NCBI GenBank assembly: GCA_004558595.1
Contig: SFCN01000001.1
Span: 10,978 to 74,977, forward strand
DNA length: 64,000 nt
Direction: 5' to 3'
From: Phascolarctobacterium sp.
Lineage (GTDB): Bacteria > Bacillota > Negativicutes > Acidaminococcales > Acidaminococcaceae
Positions 47,303-57,085 of this stretch are shown in pieces. How positions within the stretch are numbered: the stretch's first letter is position 1; each line of letters starts with the position of its first letter. A program made the position numbers and the translations under genes. The notes beneath the pieces are model-generated. The model ran no database searches, was not told where the DNA came from, and saw only the letters and a program-made list of their open reading frames with translations.

Positions 47303-47518
47303 ATGTACAATTTTACTTATATCTATGAAACTAATTTGCCCTTGTTTTTCGATGACGGCCATGGCGATTACAATCGCAGCTATGACAGGGGCTATGATGA
47401 TTTTGACTATGCGGATTATTCCACGGACCATCGTGATAATAACTTCCGCAACTATGAGAAGAAGCGCCGCAAAACCAATAAAGAAATCATTGAGGATATG
47501 CTGAAGCGCTGGGATTAA
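47303..47518 (+). CDS. Small Asp/Tyr-rich protein with basic C-terminal tail (hypothetical)
   Basis: 71 aa. It has an AAAGGATGG RBS, the consensus promoter upstream and a terminator downstream. No family recognised. Confidence 0.5.
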   Translation: MYNFTYIYETNLPLFFDDGHGDYNRSYDRGYDDFDYADYSTDHRDNNFRNYEKKRRKTNKEIIEDMLKRWD

Positions 47519-47532
47519 GGTTAATTGTTAGA

Positions 47533-47572
47533 AAAAATAGAAGGACAGCCGTTAAGCTGTCCTTTTTATTTT
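47533..47572. terminator. Bidirectional terminator (small ORF / folK)
   Basis: AAGGACAGC-CGTTAA-GCTGTCCTT with T-runs on both strands. Confidence 0.75.
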
Positions 47573-48045
47573 GCTGATAAACCAATTACCAGTTCATGTA
47601 TTGTCTTTTGTAAAGTTGGATGTACTATCTCCGGCGCTATTTCAGCCAGCGGCAACAAAACAAAATCACGATTTTGCATATCTGGATGCGGAAGAATAAG
47701 TTCAGGTGTATTCATCACCACATCCTCATACAATAGCAAATCAAGGTCAATATTGCGCTCGCCCCAATGACGCACACGCACCCTACCCATCTCTTGCTCT
47801 ATCTCCAGCAATGTATGCAAAAGCTCCAAAGGTTCTAGTCTAGTGCGCACCTCGCACACACCATTCAAAAACTGCGGCTGGTCCGTGACGCCATAGGGCT
47901 CCGTGCAAATGAAAGTAGAGACCTTCACGACCTCCACCCCATGCTCCTTTAAAAGCACCAAAGCGTGCCGCAAATTTCCTTCCTTATCACCCAAATTACT
48001 GCCCAGGGCCACATAAGCAGTATGAATACTATCATTAAATTGCAT
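47566..48045 (-). CDS. folK: 2-amino-4-hydroxy-6-hydroxymethyldihydropteridine pyrophosphokinase
   Basis: Contains AYVALGSNLGDKEGNL, RHWGERNIDLDLL and LPHPDM. Confidence 0.9.
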   Translation of the reverse strand: MQFNDSIHTAYVALGSNLGDKEGNLRHALVLLKEHGVEVVKVSTFICTEPYGVTDQPQFLNGVCEVRTRLEPLELLHTLLEIEQEMGRVRVRHWGERNIDLDLLLYEDVVMNTPELILPHPDMQNRDFVLLPLAEIAPEIVHPTLQKTIHELVIGLSAK

Positions 48046-48061
48046 TTCCTTCTACCCTTAC

Positions 48062-48302
48062 AAACATAATAACTTAGCAAGCGAAAAGCGTATACCTGAG
48101 AAGTGGCGGAGGCAAGAATGCGACCACGATAGTATCACGATGAATAACCGAAATAATATCGCAGCGGAAAGGCTCGCATGTCCGCGAAGCGCCTCGTCAC
48201 GCTAAAGGAGGTTTTTCTCTTGACGGATTAAGCGCTCTATGTGGACATTGTATCAAGCATTCGCAGGCCGGAGCACTTCTCAGGTATACCTTTGAGCGAA
48301 AA
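48062..48302 (-). repeat. Copy B of the ~240-bp TIR-bounded element (inverted relative to copy A)
   Basis: Its reverse complement aligns with 620-860 at about 85% identity by eye. TIRs are GTATACCTGAGAAGTG (48090-48105) and CACTTCTCAGGTATACC (48274-48290). It fills the folP|folK spacer and starts right after the folP stop. Confidence 0.8.
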
Positions 48303-49508
48303 CTACTTATGTAATATACCTTCCAGCATTCTAATCGCCCTAACATTAGGCAAAACATCGTGCACACGCACCAGCTGCGCCCCCGCGTACACAGCCTGTA
48401 AGCTAGTGGCGATAGTCCCCTCTAAACGCTCCTCCGCTGGCACCCCACCCAGCACCGCACCAATGGTGCTCTTGCGGGACGCCGCCAGCAGCACCGGGTA
48501 ACCAAAGCTGGTCAAAACGTGCAAATCACGCATTAAACGCAGATTTTGCTCCACATTTTTAGCAAAGCCAATGCCCGGGTCTAAGATAATCTTATCCTTG
48601 CCCACGCCCTGCTCACGCAGGAGCTGGGCCCGCTCAGCCAAATATACCGCAACCTCCTGAACCACATCCTGGTATTGGCAATTCTGCTGCATATTCTTGG
48701 GCGTCCCTCGCATATGCATAAGGATAATCGGCGCCTTAGTACGCACTGCCACCTCCAACATACGCTCATCAGCCTCCATCGCGCTGATATCATTGATAAT
48801 ATCCGCGCCGGCGTTAATAGCTGCCTCAGCCGTGTCGGCTCTATATGTATCCACTGAAAGCACAGCCTCAGGATAAGCCTTACGCAAAGCCTCAAGCACC
48901 GGCAGCACACGCCGCCGCTCCTCGTCCCCGTCCACGCTATCGCTACCAGGACGAGTGGACTCGCCACCGATATCCAGAATTTGCGCCCCCTGCTCCAGCA
49001 TGAGCCCTGCGCGATTAAGAACATCGTCCAGCTCCGGCACGCGGCTGCCTGCGTAGAAGGAATCCGGCGTAATATTTAAAATGCCCATAACGCACATCTT
49101 ATCATAGGTCAAAACACGACCATCGGCCAGAGTCGTTTGCAGCAGCGGCTTTTGCAAAGCCGCCGCTATCGCAGCCCCTAATTCCTGAGCTACCTGCTTC
49201 AGTCCGAAATATTGCATCAGCTCCAGCTTTTTGAGCAGCAGCTTGTACTGCTTAAGCGTACCTAAAAGCAGCACATCCACATACTTATCACTATTGACGA
49301 TGCAGCCCGTGGGCACCACAGCATCCCCACCGGCCGCCAGCATCTCCTGCTTTAAAATATTAGCTGCCGGAGTACGTACTCCTAGCAGCTTATAGGGAAT
49401 AATTTGCGCCTTATGAGCGAAAATAGGCAGACTGCCGGGATGAGCGCCAATGCTAGCCATAGCCTCCCCTAGCAGCTCTTGATTAATCTTCAATAACATT
49501 TTCGTCAC
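48303..49508 (-). CDS. folP: Dihydropteroate synthase with ~125-aa N-terminal extension
   Basis: The pterin-binding domain runs from MGILNITPDSFYAGSR and includes DIGGESTRPG, DTYR and GIGFAKN. The N-terminal extension is of unknown family. Confidence 0.92.
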   Translation of the reverse strand: MTKMLLKINQELLGEAMASIGAHPGSLPIFAHKAQIIPYKLLGVRTPAANILKQEMLAAGGDAVVPTGCIVNSDKYVDVLLLGTLKQYKLLLKKLELMQYFGLKQVAQELGAAIAAALQKPLLQTTLADGRVLTYDKMCVMGILNITPDSFYAGSRVPELDDVLNRAGLMLEQGAQILDIGGESTRPGSDSVDGDEERRRVLPVLEALRKAYPEAVLSVDTYRADTAEAAINAGADIINDISAMEADERMLEVAVRTKAPIILMHMRGTPKNMQQNCQYQDVVQEVAVYLAERAQLLREQGVGKDKIILDPGIGFAKNVEQNLRLMRDLHVLTSFGYPVLLAASRKSTIGAVLGGVPAEERLEGTIATSLQAVYAGAQLVRVHDVLPNVRAIRMLEGILHK

Positions 49509-50340
49509 TCTTTTCTACTACGGCAAAGGCGTTGTGATTATGAATACTCTCCACGCTTTCTACCTCAGCGCGATACCAAGTAATGCGCTGATCCGCCTCT
49601 AAACGCAGAGCAATCTCCCGCACTGCATCCTCCACAAAGCGAGGATTCTCATAGGCATGCTCTGTAACATATTTTTCGTCCGGACGCTTCAAAAGCCCAT
49701 ACACAGGCGCGCTAGCCGCCGCATCAGCAAGCTCCGCCAGCTCCTCAAGCCACACCAGCTCATTGGCTTCTATCTCAATTTTGGCCCAAGCCCTTTGATT
49801 ATGAGCCCCATAATCGCTGATTTCCTTGGAGCAGGGACACAGGGTCTGCATGGGCACTACGGCCTTAATCTTTAGCTTAAAGCTATCGCCCTTTTCCGCC
49901 TTATACACGCAATCGATATCCATGGGAGCGGTCATACCGCTAACCGGTGCAGTTTTCGTAATGAAATAGGGGAATTCCAGCTGCAAAAAGGCCTTTTCAG
50001 CCTGCAAATGCTCCTTCAGCTTATCCAAAATCCCTTCAATTTCCCCAAGACCCACAGGACCCAGCTGGCGCATACACTCCACAAAACGGCTCATATGGGT
50101 ACCACGCATGTCGTGAGGCAAATCCACAGCCAAAAGCACCCGAGCCACGCTATGTTGGGTGCCCCGCTCCCGATCTCGCAGCTCGATGGGCCAGCGCAAA
50201 TCCTTAATTCCCACATGCTTCAAGGGAATACGACGCAAATCCTTTTCACTCTGTACGTCCTTCAACTCACTCACCTCGATATACGCAGCCACTGGTGCGT
50301 GTTTCCCAAACCTCCACCTCATACAAATGGTAGTGGTCAC
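49483..50340 (-). CDS. folE2: GTP cyclohydrolase IB (FolE2/MptA family)
   Basis: Contains RGTHMSRFVE and TLCPCSKEISDYGAHNQR. The start is uncertain because the ORF overlaps the upstream gene by 74 nt. Confidence 0.85.
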   Translation of the reverse strand: MTTTICMRWRFGKHAPVAAYIEVSELKDVQSEKDLRRIPLKHVGIKDLRWPIELRDRERGTQHSVARVLLAVDLPHDMRGTHMSRFVECMRQLGPVGLGEIEGILDKLKEHLQAEKAFLQLEFPYFITKTAPVSGMTAPMDIDCVYKAEKGDSFKLKIKAVVPMQTLCPCSKEISDYGAHNQRAWAKIEIEANELVWLEELAELADAAASAPVYGLLKRPDEKYVTEHAYENPRFVEDAVREIALRLEADQRITWYRAEVESVESIHNHNAFAVVEKSDENVIED

Positions 50341-50623
50341 TCTCTAGTAGCTTTTCCAGCTTCCGCCACACCCATACGCTGATGTTTTCAGCAGAGGGCA
50401 CGGGTAGCACATCGTTTAAGCAAGCATGATCCAGATGCGCCAGCACCTCCTGCTTGACCAAATTCTTCAGCTTAATAAAATCAATAACCATACCCTCGTG
50501 GTCAGGCGTACCTTCCACCTTCACCACCAGCTTATAGGTATGTCCGTGCAAATGCTCGCACTTGCCATTGTAAGCCGGCAAATAATGAGCCGCATCGAAA
50601 TCAAACTCTTTAATAATAATCAT
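50267..50623 (-). CDS. 6-pyruvoyl-tetrahydropterin synthase family protein (QueD or PTPS-III)
   Basis: 118 aa. FDFDAAHYLPAYNGKCEHLHGHTYKL and ETRTSGCVYRGE are very close to E. coli QueD as I remember it. The functional subtype is unresolved. Confidence 0.8.
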   Translation of the reverse strand: MIIIKEFDFDAAHYLPAYNGKCEHLHGHTYKLVVKVEGTPDHEGMVIDFIKLKNLVKQEVLAHLDHACLNDVLPVPSAENISVWVWRKLEKLLESDHYHLYEVEVWETRTSGCVYRGE

Positions 50624-51102
50624 TTATATTCCCCTCCATACAGCGTTAGCCCGGCAAAATTATCCACCTGACGCAACGCTTCATAGGCCACAATGGCCAC
50701 AGAATTGGATAAATTCAGAGAGCGAGCTTCCTCAATCATGGGTATGCGCACGCAGGAGTCCGCATATTCCAGACGCAGCTTTTCCGGAAGGCCCGCTGTT
50801 TCCTTACCAAAAATCAAAAGGCTGTCCGCATCATACTTTACATCGGCGTAGGATTTATGAGCCTTAGTGGTCAAGAGAAATTTGGAATTATCCTTATACT
50901 TTTCTAAAACCTCGTATACGCTGTCATAATAATGAATATCCACTAAATGCCAATAATCCAATCCGGCACGCTTTAAATATTTATCCTCCACAGAAAAGCC
51001 CAGTGGCCGGACCAAATGCAAATGACAGCCGGTGGCGGCGCATAAGCGAGCGATATTGCCTGTATTTCCTGGAATTTCAGGTTCAACCAATACTATATGC
51101 AT
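50620..51102 (-). CDS. trmL: tRNA (cytidine/uridine-2'-O)-methyltransferase TrmL (SpoU family)
   Basis: Starts MHIVLVEPEIPGNTGNIARLCAATG. The C-terminal part carries LNLSNSVAI. Confidence 0.88.
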   Translation of the reverse strand: MHIVLVEPEIPGNTGNIARLCAATGCHLHLVRPLGFSVEDKYLKRAGLDYWHLVDIHYYDSVYEVLEKYKDNSKFLLTTKAHKSYADVKYDADSLLIFGKETAGLPEKLRLEYADSCVRIPMIEEARSLNLSNSVAIVAYEALRQVDNFAGLTLYGGEYK

Positions 51103-52007
51103 TATTTTTTCTCCTTTAAAACTTCCTCAACACGCTGACGCATGCTTTTCTTCTTTTGCTCTTTTTTAGTGTCTTTTTTCTTATCAGACTCTAGCTTTTT
51201 ATCCTTTTTCTTCTCTAAGCCGCCGGGCATAGCCAACATTTTTTGATAAGTGGCCATGATTTTTTCGCAATAAAGAGAACCCATGGCCCAGGTACCGTTG
51301 AGACCGTACCAAGTATCCACCATACCTCGTTCCATGCGAATATTATGAGCCAGCTCATAACGAGGATCCACAATGGCTGTTTTGGGACGCTTCTTTTGAG
51401 TATAAGCCAAAAGGTGTTGGATGTGTGCACGCACGCCCAGCTCCGGTGTTTTGAAGGTCGCGCCCTTCACACCGCCGCCCGTAGTGCCCAAGCCACAGAA
51501 ATTATTTTGGTTGTGGTGCACGTCACCGCCATAGGCGTAGGTACCAGTTTCGACTAAAGATTGGGCCAGAGCCAAATCGGGGCGCACGCCTTCGCGCTCG
51601 GCCTCCTGCCAATATAAGTCCACCAGTTTCTCCACACTGCAGGCCAAGCGCACCTTAGGATTATTTTGCTTAATCAAGGCCACAGCCTGCTTCTTGCTAG
51701 CCTCGGCCTCCCCAAAAATACTGATACTCTTATAGTCAGCAGGCAGCTCCGTGCCTAAAAAATAGCTCTTGCCATCCTTTTCTACCAGCATACTGCTTTG
51801 AGCATTCTGCTTCGTGGCAGTTTTAGCTGTGGCTTTAGGAACAGTCTTAGAACCACTCTTGGGATTAATCTTAATAATCTTTGGACTAGTACTTACCACA
51901 TATTTTTTACTTGGGGGAGTAATCTTTTTCACAGCTGCCTCAGTCAAGCTGGCACTTACCAATACGCCCAACGCCAGACCTAGAGCAGTCATAGCTTTAT
52001 AATTCAT
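51102..52007 (-). CDS. Secreted glucosaminidase-domain protein with Lys-rich tail (tentative)
   Basis: Signal peptide. The LALAQSLVETGTYAYGG...NNFCGLG pattern resembles the mannosyl-glycoprotein endo-beta-N-acetylglucosaminidase domain. Confidence 0.55.
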   Translation of the reverse strand: MNYKAMTALGLALGVLVSASLTEAAVKKITPPSKKYVVSTSPKIIKINPKSGSKTVPKATAKTATKQNAQSSMLVEKDGKSYFLGTELPADYKSISIFGEAEASKKQAVALIKQNNPKVRLACSVEKLVDLYWQEAEREGVRPDLALAQSLVETGTYAYGGDVHHNQNNFCGLGTTGGGVKGATFKTPELGVRAHIQHLLAYTQKKRPKTAIVDPRYELAHNIRMERGMVDTWYGLNGTWAMGSLYCEKIMATYQKMLAMPGGLEKKKDKKLESDKKKDTKKEQKKKSMRQRVEEVLKEKK

Positions 52008-52186
52008 GCATGCAGCTCCATTCCGTGTTCAACACAATCTATAGCTACAATTTTACCCCATAACCCAAGTTCTTGTAAAGTTTTTCCCACTATTCTTCTA
52101 GATAATTCACAAAGACGTATTTTTCTAGTATAATAGGAAGTAAGAAAAGGACGGACAGCTTGCCGTCAGCAAAAGGAGGAACGCTT

Positions 52187-52858
52187 ATGACCGCTAAATT
52201 CCATTACATTAACCATGCTTGCTTTGTAGTCGCTAAAAACGACTCTGCCATTATTTTCGACCCCTATTTGGATGGTAATCCTGAAGGCTTAACCGCTGAC
52301 GATATTAAGGTAGATTACATTTTCATCAGCCATGCCCATTTCGACCATCTGGGTAGCGCCTTTGAAATCGCTAAAAAATGCGATGCTACCATTATTACCA
52401 CTGCAGAAATTGCCGGTATGGCCGGTGAAGCCGGCTGTAAGGCTCACGCTATGCATCTTGGCGGCACCTATATGTTCCCCTTCGGCAAGGTACGCGTAAC
52501 TCTAGCCTTCCATGGCTCCGGCGTGGCCGGCGGCCACGCCTGTGGCTTCGTAGTCGATTTTTACGGCACCAAACTGTACTTCGCCGGTGACACTGCTCTC
52601 TTCAGCGACATGCAGCTGCTGCCCAAGCTGGATCCCTTTGACTATGCTGTACTGCCCATCGGTGGCAACTTCACCATGGATCCCAAGGATGCTGCCATTG
52701 CCGCCGACTTCTTAAAAGCTCCCACCGTTATCCCCATCCATTACAACACTTGGCCTCCCATCGCTCAGGACGTAAATGCTTACAAGGCCGACGTAGAAGC
52801 TACCACCTCTAGCAAGGTTTTAATCGTTAAACCCGGCGAGGTTGTGGATTTAGCTTAA
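52187..52858 (+). CDS. UPF0173-type metallo-beta-lactamase-fold hydrolase
   Basis: Start at ATG 52187 (AAGGAGG RBS). Contains HACFVV and ISHAHFDHLG. Confidence 0.75.
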   Translation: MTAKFHYINHACFVVAKNDSAIIFDPYLDGNPEGLTADDIKVDYIFISHAHFDHLGSAFEIAKKCDATIITTAEIAGMAGEAGCKAHAMHLGGTYMFPFGKVRVTLAFHGSGVAGGHACGFVVDFYGTKLYFAGDTALFSDMQLLPKLDPFDYAVLPIGGNFTMDPKDAAIAADFLKAPTVIPIHYNTWPPIAQDVNAYKADVEATTSSKVLIVKPGEVVDLA

Positions 52859-52921
52859 GCTTGTAACATAGCATAACACGAAAAGACTAAAAGCTTAAAC
52901 CAATTACAAACATAAGGTATG

Positions 52922-52958
52922 AAAAAGGGCGTCGCCTCCGCGACGCCCTAATTTTTTA
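52922..52958. terminator. Bidirectional terminator
   Basis: GGGCGTCGC-CTCC-GCGACGCCC flanked by A5 and T6 runs, between convergent genes. Confidence 0.8.
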
Positions 52959-52984
52959 CTCATTAAGCTATAGCGTATAAATGC

Positions 52985-53563
52985 TTATGCTCCGATAATA
53001 GGTCTGCCCTCCATGGTATTGACGATTTTCGACAGCTCCCATTTTATAGTCTCCTCAGGATGCTCCACATTACCAATTTCCCGAACATTGCGTTCCCTGA
53101 GCTTCTTCTTCAGCAGCTTATCCCCATCCTTTTTATAGACGAATAAGTCAGCGCAGGCAGAGGTCTTCACATAGGTATCAGCATTATCCCTGAAAATACC
53201 ACTGTTAACGATGTACTCGTCCAGCTCGTAAATACGAGCTACAACCAGCACATCCACCTTGCTCTTTTCTGCCAAGGCCTTTAGGCTGGCCTGATCAAGC
53301 TTAGCACCGGTACGCACTGCGTCGCTTACCAGCTCCTGAGGCGCTCCCCCATCGATGATCTGGTAATACGGAAAATGATAAGCCCATTTCACTACCTGTC
53401 TCCAGGTCTTGTAAACAGACCCGTTTACATCCCCATCCTGGTCGATTACTACAAAGCCCACCGGACGCTCAGGAAATTCTGCTCGCGCCTCCTGAGGCAA
53501 CACGGTTACCGCCATAGCCAGCACCATCAATAAACAGCCCAAAAAATGCATTAGCTTTTTCAT
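52985..53563 (-). CDS. Secreted protein of unknown function
   Basis: Start at MKKLMHFLGCLLMVLAMAVTVLPQEARA (signal peptide, GGTGG RBS). No family recognised. Confidence 0.5.
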   Translation of the reverse strand: MKKLMHFLGCLLMVLAMAVTVLPQEARAEFPERPVGFVVIDQDGDVNGSVYKTWRQVVKWAYHFPYYQIIDGGAPQELVSDAVRTGAKLDQASLKALAEKSKVDVLVVARIYELDEYIVNSGIFRDNADTYVKTSACADLFVYKKDGDKLLKKKLRERNVREIGNVEHPEETIKWELSKIVNTMEGRPIIGA

Positions 53564-53656
53564 ATTCTTACCACCTTTCATAACAGAGTCGCTCTGTTCC
53601 TAAGTAAAAACTACTCAAGCCAAAAAGCAAAGGGGCTTAAGCTTTAGCAAAACAAA

Positions 53657-54445
53657 TTATCTTCTCAAGCGCTCCACCGCACCGCGCACGATAGCGATTT
53701 GGTACTGCAAGGCTTGGTCATAAAGCTCCTTGGGCACAATGGCTTCGCCCTCCGTGCGCTTGGCTACCACGCCGCACACGGCGCCCGCTTTAATGCCCAA
53801 GGCTTGACAAGTCACAAATAGAGCCGAGGTTTCCATTTCATAGTTCAAAGCTCCCAGGCGCCGCCATTGAGCCATGGTCCCTTGAAAAGCCAGAGGCACA
53901 TAGCCCGTGAAGCTATCATAACGCTCCTGACCGGGCCAAAAGGTGTCGCTAGACACCGCAATGCCCACATGATAGGGAGCGCCGCAGCTTTTGGCAGCCT
54001 CGATAAGGGCTCCCGTCACCGTAAAGCTAGCCACAGCGGGAAAGTTCCCAGGCGCGTAGTGATGAGAAGTGCCATCTAAGCGCACGGACGCCTTATTAAT
54101 GATCACCTCGCCAGGATTAATATGCTCTTGAATGGTGCCGGTGGTACCCACGCGAATCACTTGCGTGATCCCCATGCGTGCCAATTCCTCCAAACAAATA
54201 GCCACAGAGGGACCGCCCATGCCTGTGGAGCATACTAGCACGGGCTGCCCACTGATGTGTGTCAGCCAGCTTGTATATTCACGATGGCAGGCGATGAAGC
54301 TGGGCTCCGTGCCCAGCTGCCTTGCCAAAGGCTCCACCCTGCCCGGGTCCCCGGGCAGCACTGCTATGGTAGCGCCAGCGAGAGCCTCCTTAGCAAAGCC
54401 CACATGGTACAAAACCTCATTTTCACTTGCGTAATGCTTTTCCAT
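53657..54445 (-). CDS. udp: Uridine phosphorylase (PNP/UDP family 1)
   Basis: GATIAVLPGDPGRVEPLA, GMGGPS and YEMETSALF match the E. coli Udp-like pattern. Confidence 0.8.
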   Translation of the reverse strand: MEKHYASENEVLYHVGFAKEALAGATIAVLPGDPGRVEPLARQLGTEPSFIACHREYTSWLTHISGQPVLVCSTGMGGPSVAICLEELARMGITQVIRVGTTGTIQEHINPGEVIINKASVRLDGTSHHYAPGNFPAVASFTVTGALIEAAKSCGAPYHVGIAVSSDTFWPGQERYDSFTGYVPLAFQGTMAQWRRLGALNYEMETSALFVTCQALGIKAGAVCGVVAKRTEGEAIVPKELYDQALQYQIAIVRGAVERLRR

Positions 54446-54458
54446 CGGAGTCGCCTCC

Positions 54459-55706
54459 TTATTTATCCTCGCTTAGTTCCAAGTCCACATAAGCCGCCGG
54501 CATGCCCGTAAAAGTAGGCTCAATACCCATATAGTCGGCAATAGTGCGCCCAATATCCGCAAAAGTAGTCATGGGCTCCAGCTGCGCTTTTTTCACATCA
54601 GCGCCGCTAAAGAGCACAGGAATCTTCTCACGAGTGTGGTCCGTGCCGGTCCAGGACGGATCATTACCGTGGTCCGCCGTAATCAGCAGCAAATCATCTT
54701 CATTGAGTAAAGAAGTAATTTCCGGCAAACGGCTATCAAAATACTCCAAAGCTTCGCCATAGCCCTGAATATCTCGACGATGGCCGTAGCTAGAATCAAA
54801 ATCTACGAAATTAGTAAAGACGATGGATTTATCTGGTGCGTTCTTAACAGCCTCAATAGTAGCGTCCACCAGCTTATCCAAGCCACCGGCGGCATAATGC
54901 TTAGTAATACCCCGATGAGCGAATATATCAGCAATCTTTCCCACAGCATACACGCTACCCCCTGCAGCCACCATTTTATCCAAAAGGGTAGCTTCCGGAG
55001 CCGGCACGGCGTAGTCGTGCCGGTTGGTAGTGCGGCTAAAATCCGCTGCACAGCTTCCCACAAAGGGACGAGCGATAACACGGGCGATATTATAGGGCTG
55101 CACTAGCTTGTAGGCCAGCTTGCACAAATCGTAGAGACGCTCTAGGCCGAAGGCTTCCTCGTGGGCTGCAATCTGCAGCACACTATCCGCAGAAGTATAG
55201 ATAATGGGCTTGCCAGTCGCAACATGCTCCTCGCCCAGCTCCTTGATTATCTCCGTTCCGGAGGCGTGGCATTCGCCCAGAACCCCCGGCAAATTACCTT
55301 CCTGAATGAGCTTTTGCACCAGCTCCTTAGGGAAGCACTGAGGTTTGTTGGGGAAATAGCCCCAATCAAAATCCACCGGCACCCCTGCGATTTCCCAATG
55401 TCCGCTCAGGGTATCCTTGCCCCGGCTTACCTCTTGGGCATAGGTATAAGCGCCTATGCTGTGCTCGGCGCCCAAGGAAGCAGGCAAGGCACAGCCCCTG
55501 CTCAGCTCAGACGCCTTGGCCAGCCCACGGGCTGCCAAATTAGGCAGATGCAGGGGCATTGCCTTGCCTGCTGCGTCCTTGCGATTTTCGGCAAACCATG
55601 CGCAAATATGCCCTAGGGTATCGGCTCCCTTATCGCCATATTTCTCAGCATCGTGGGCATAGCCAATACCGAAAGAATCCATTAATAGTATAATTGTTCT
55701 AGACAT
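54459..55706 (-). CDS. deoB: Phosphopentomutase
   Basis: Contains [29 protein letters not shown], and TADHGNDP near the C-terminus. Confidence 0.93.
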   Translation of the reverse strand: MSRTIILLMDSFGIGYAHDAEKYGDKGADTLGHICAWFAENRKDAAGKAMPLHLPNLAARGLAKASELSRGCALPASLGAEHSIGAYTYAQEVSRGKDTLSGHWEIAGVPVDFDWGYFPNKPQCFPKELVQKLIQEGNLPGVLGECHASGTEIIKELGEEHVATGKPIIYTSADSVLQIAAHEEAFGLERLYDLCKLAYKLVQPYNIARVIARPFVGSCAADFSRTTNRHDYAVPAPEATLLDKMVAAGGSVYAVGKIADIFAHRGITKHYAAGGLDKLVDATIEAVKNAPDKSIVFTNFVDFDSSYGHRRDIQGYGEALEYFDSRLPEITSLLNEDDLLLITADHGNDPSWTGTDHTREKIPVLFSGADVKKAQLEPMTTFADIGRTIADYMGIEPTFTGMPAAYVDLELSEDK

Positions 55707-55726
55707 AGTATCACCTACCTGTCTTT

Positions 55727-56365
55727 TTAAAAGCCTAAGTTTTCTCCTACCAAAACAATTTTAATTCTTTCCTTTACTCTGCTAATTCTAGTAATAACCA
55801 CTTGGCAGCAGATAGAATCAGGGGACATGCAGTCAGCGCAGGTGCCCAGCTTAGCACAGGGTGTACCCAGTCCTGCAAAGCGAGCAGCATTTATAGGAGC
55901 AGCTACGTGGCGTGCTCTATCAATAGCGCCCTCCAGAGTGCCGGCCACCTTATTCATGCCCACAATCATCACAACCTGCTTGGGTCCAAAAATCATAGCA
56001 GCCACGCGATTGCCATTGCCGTCTATATTTACCAGCTGGCCATCCTTACTAATAGCATTGCTGCTCATAAGGTAGGTATCGCACAAAAGGGCGTTACGCA
56101 TCAGCTCCTGCTTTTCTTCAGGAGTTTCAGCGATTTCCCGATCAATCACAGGATTACGCTTTTTAATAGCGTCCAACAGGCCTACTTCCTTGATAGAAAC
56201 GCTACCGCCCCATGCTACCACATCGGTCTCAGGAATCAGCTCCAATGCCTTAGCCACTGCCTCCTCCTTAGTAGCACAATAATAAGCAGCCATGCCACGC
56301 TTATTCAAATTCTTAATCAAAGTCTCGCCTAAAATTTTATTGCGCAATACTTCTGCTTGCTCCAT
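55727..56365 (-). CDS. LUD-domain (YkgG/LutC-like, DUF162) protein
   Basis: 212 aa. Typical LUD core ([23 protein letters not shown]) and a C-terminal Cys cluster ([18 protein letters not shown]). Confidence 0.75.
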   Translation of the reverse strand: MEQAEVLRNKILGETLIKNLNKRGMAAYYCATKEEAVAKALELIPETDVVAWGGSVSIKEVGLLDAIKKRNPVIDREIAETPEEKQELMRNALLCDTYLMSSNAISKDGQLVNIDGNGNRVAAMIFGPKQVVMIVGMNKVAGTLEGAIDRARHVAAPINAARFAGLGTPCAKLGTCADCMSPDSICCQVVITRISRVKERIKIVLVGENLGF

Positions 56366-56472
56366 TATTCTAGCCTCACTTTTATGGGTAACTACAAGTT
56401 ACCGAAAAGAATGTTCACTTTTATGTTGCCCCTCGAAAATGCGATGGGAAATAAATCTTTGTCAGTTATTAA

Positions 56473-57051
<579 letters not shown>

Positions 57052-57085
57052 TTATTAATTTATTAAAGCTCCTAGGAGCCAAAAT

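Noticed and set aside
48241-48501. An 86-aa plus-strand ORF starting inside repeat copy B behind an AAGGAGG-like sequence.
   Set aside because: The AAGGAGG is followed by TTG-ACG-GAT-TAA only. The 86-aa ORF is in another register, runs antisense into folP, and is absent from copy A.
53582-53656. A terminator after udp (hairpin ACAGAGTCGCTCTGT).
   Set aside because: The stem is short and lacks a U-tract on the relevant strand, so it is not convincing enough to list as a feature.
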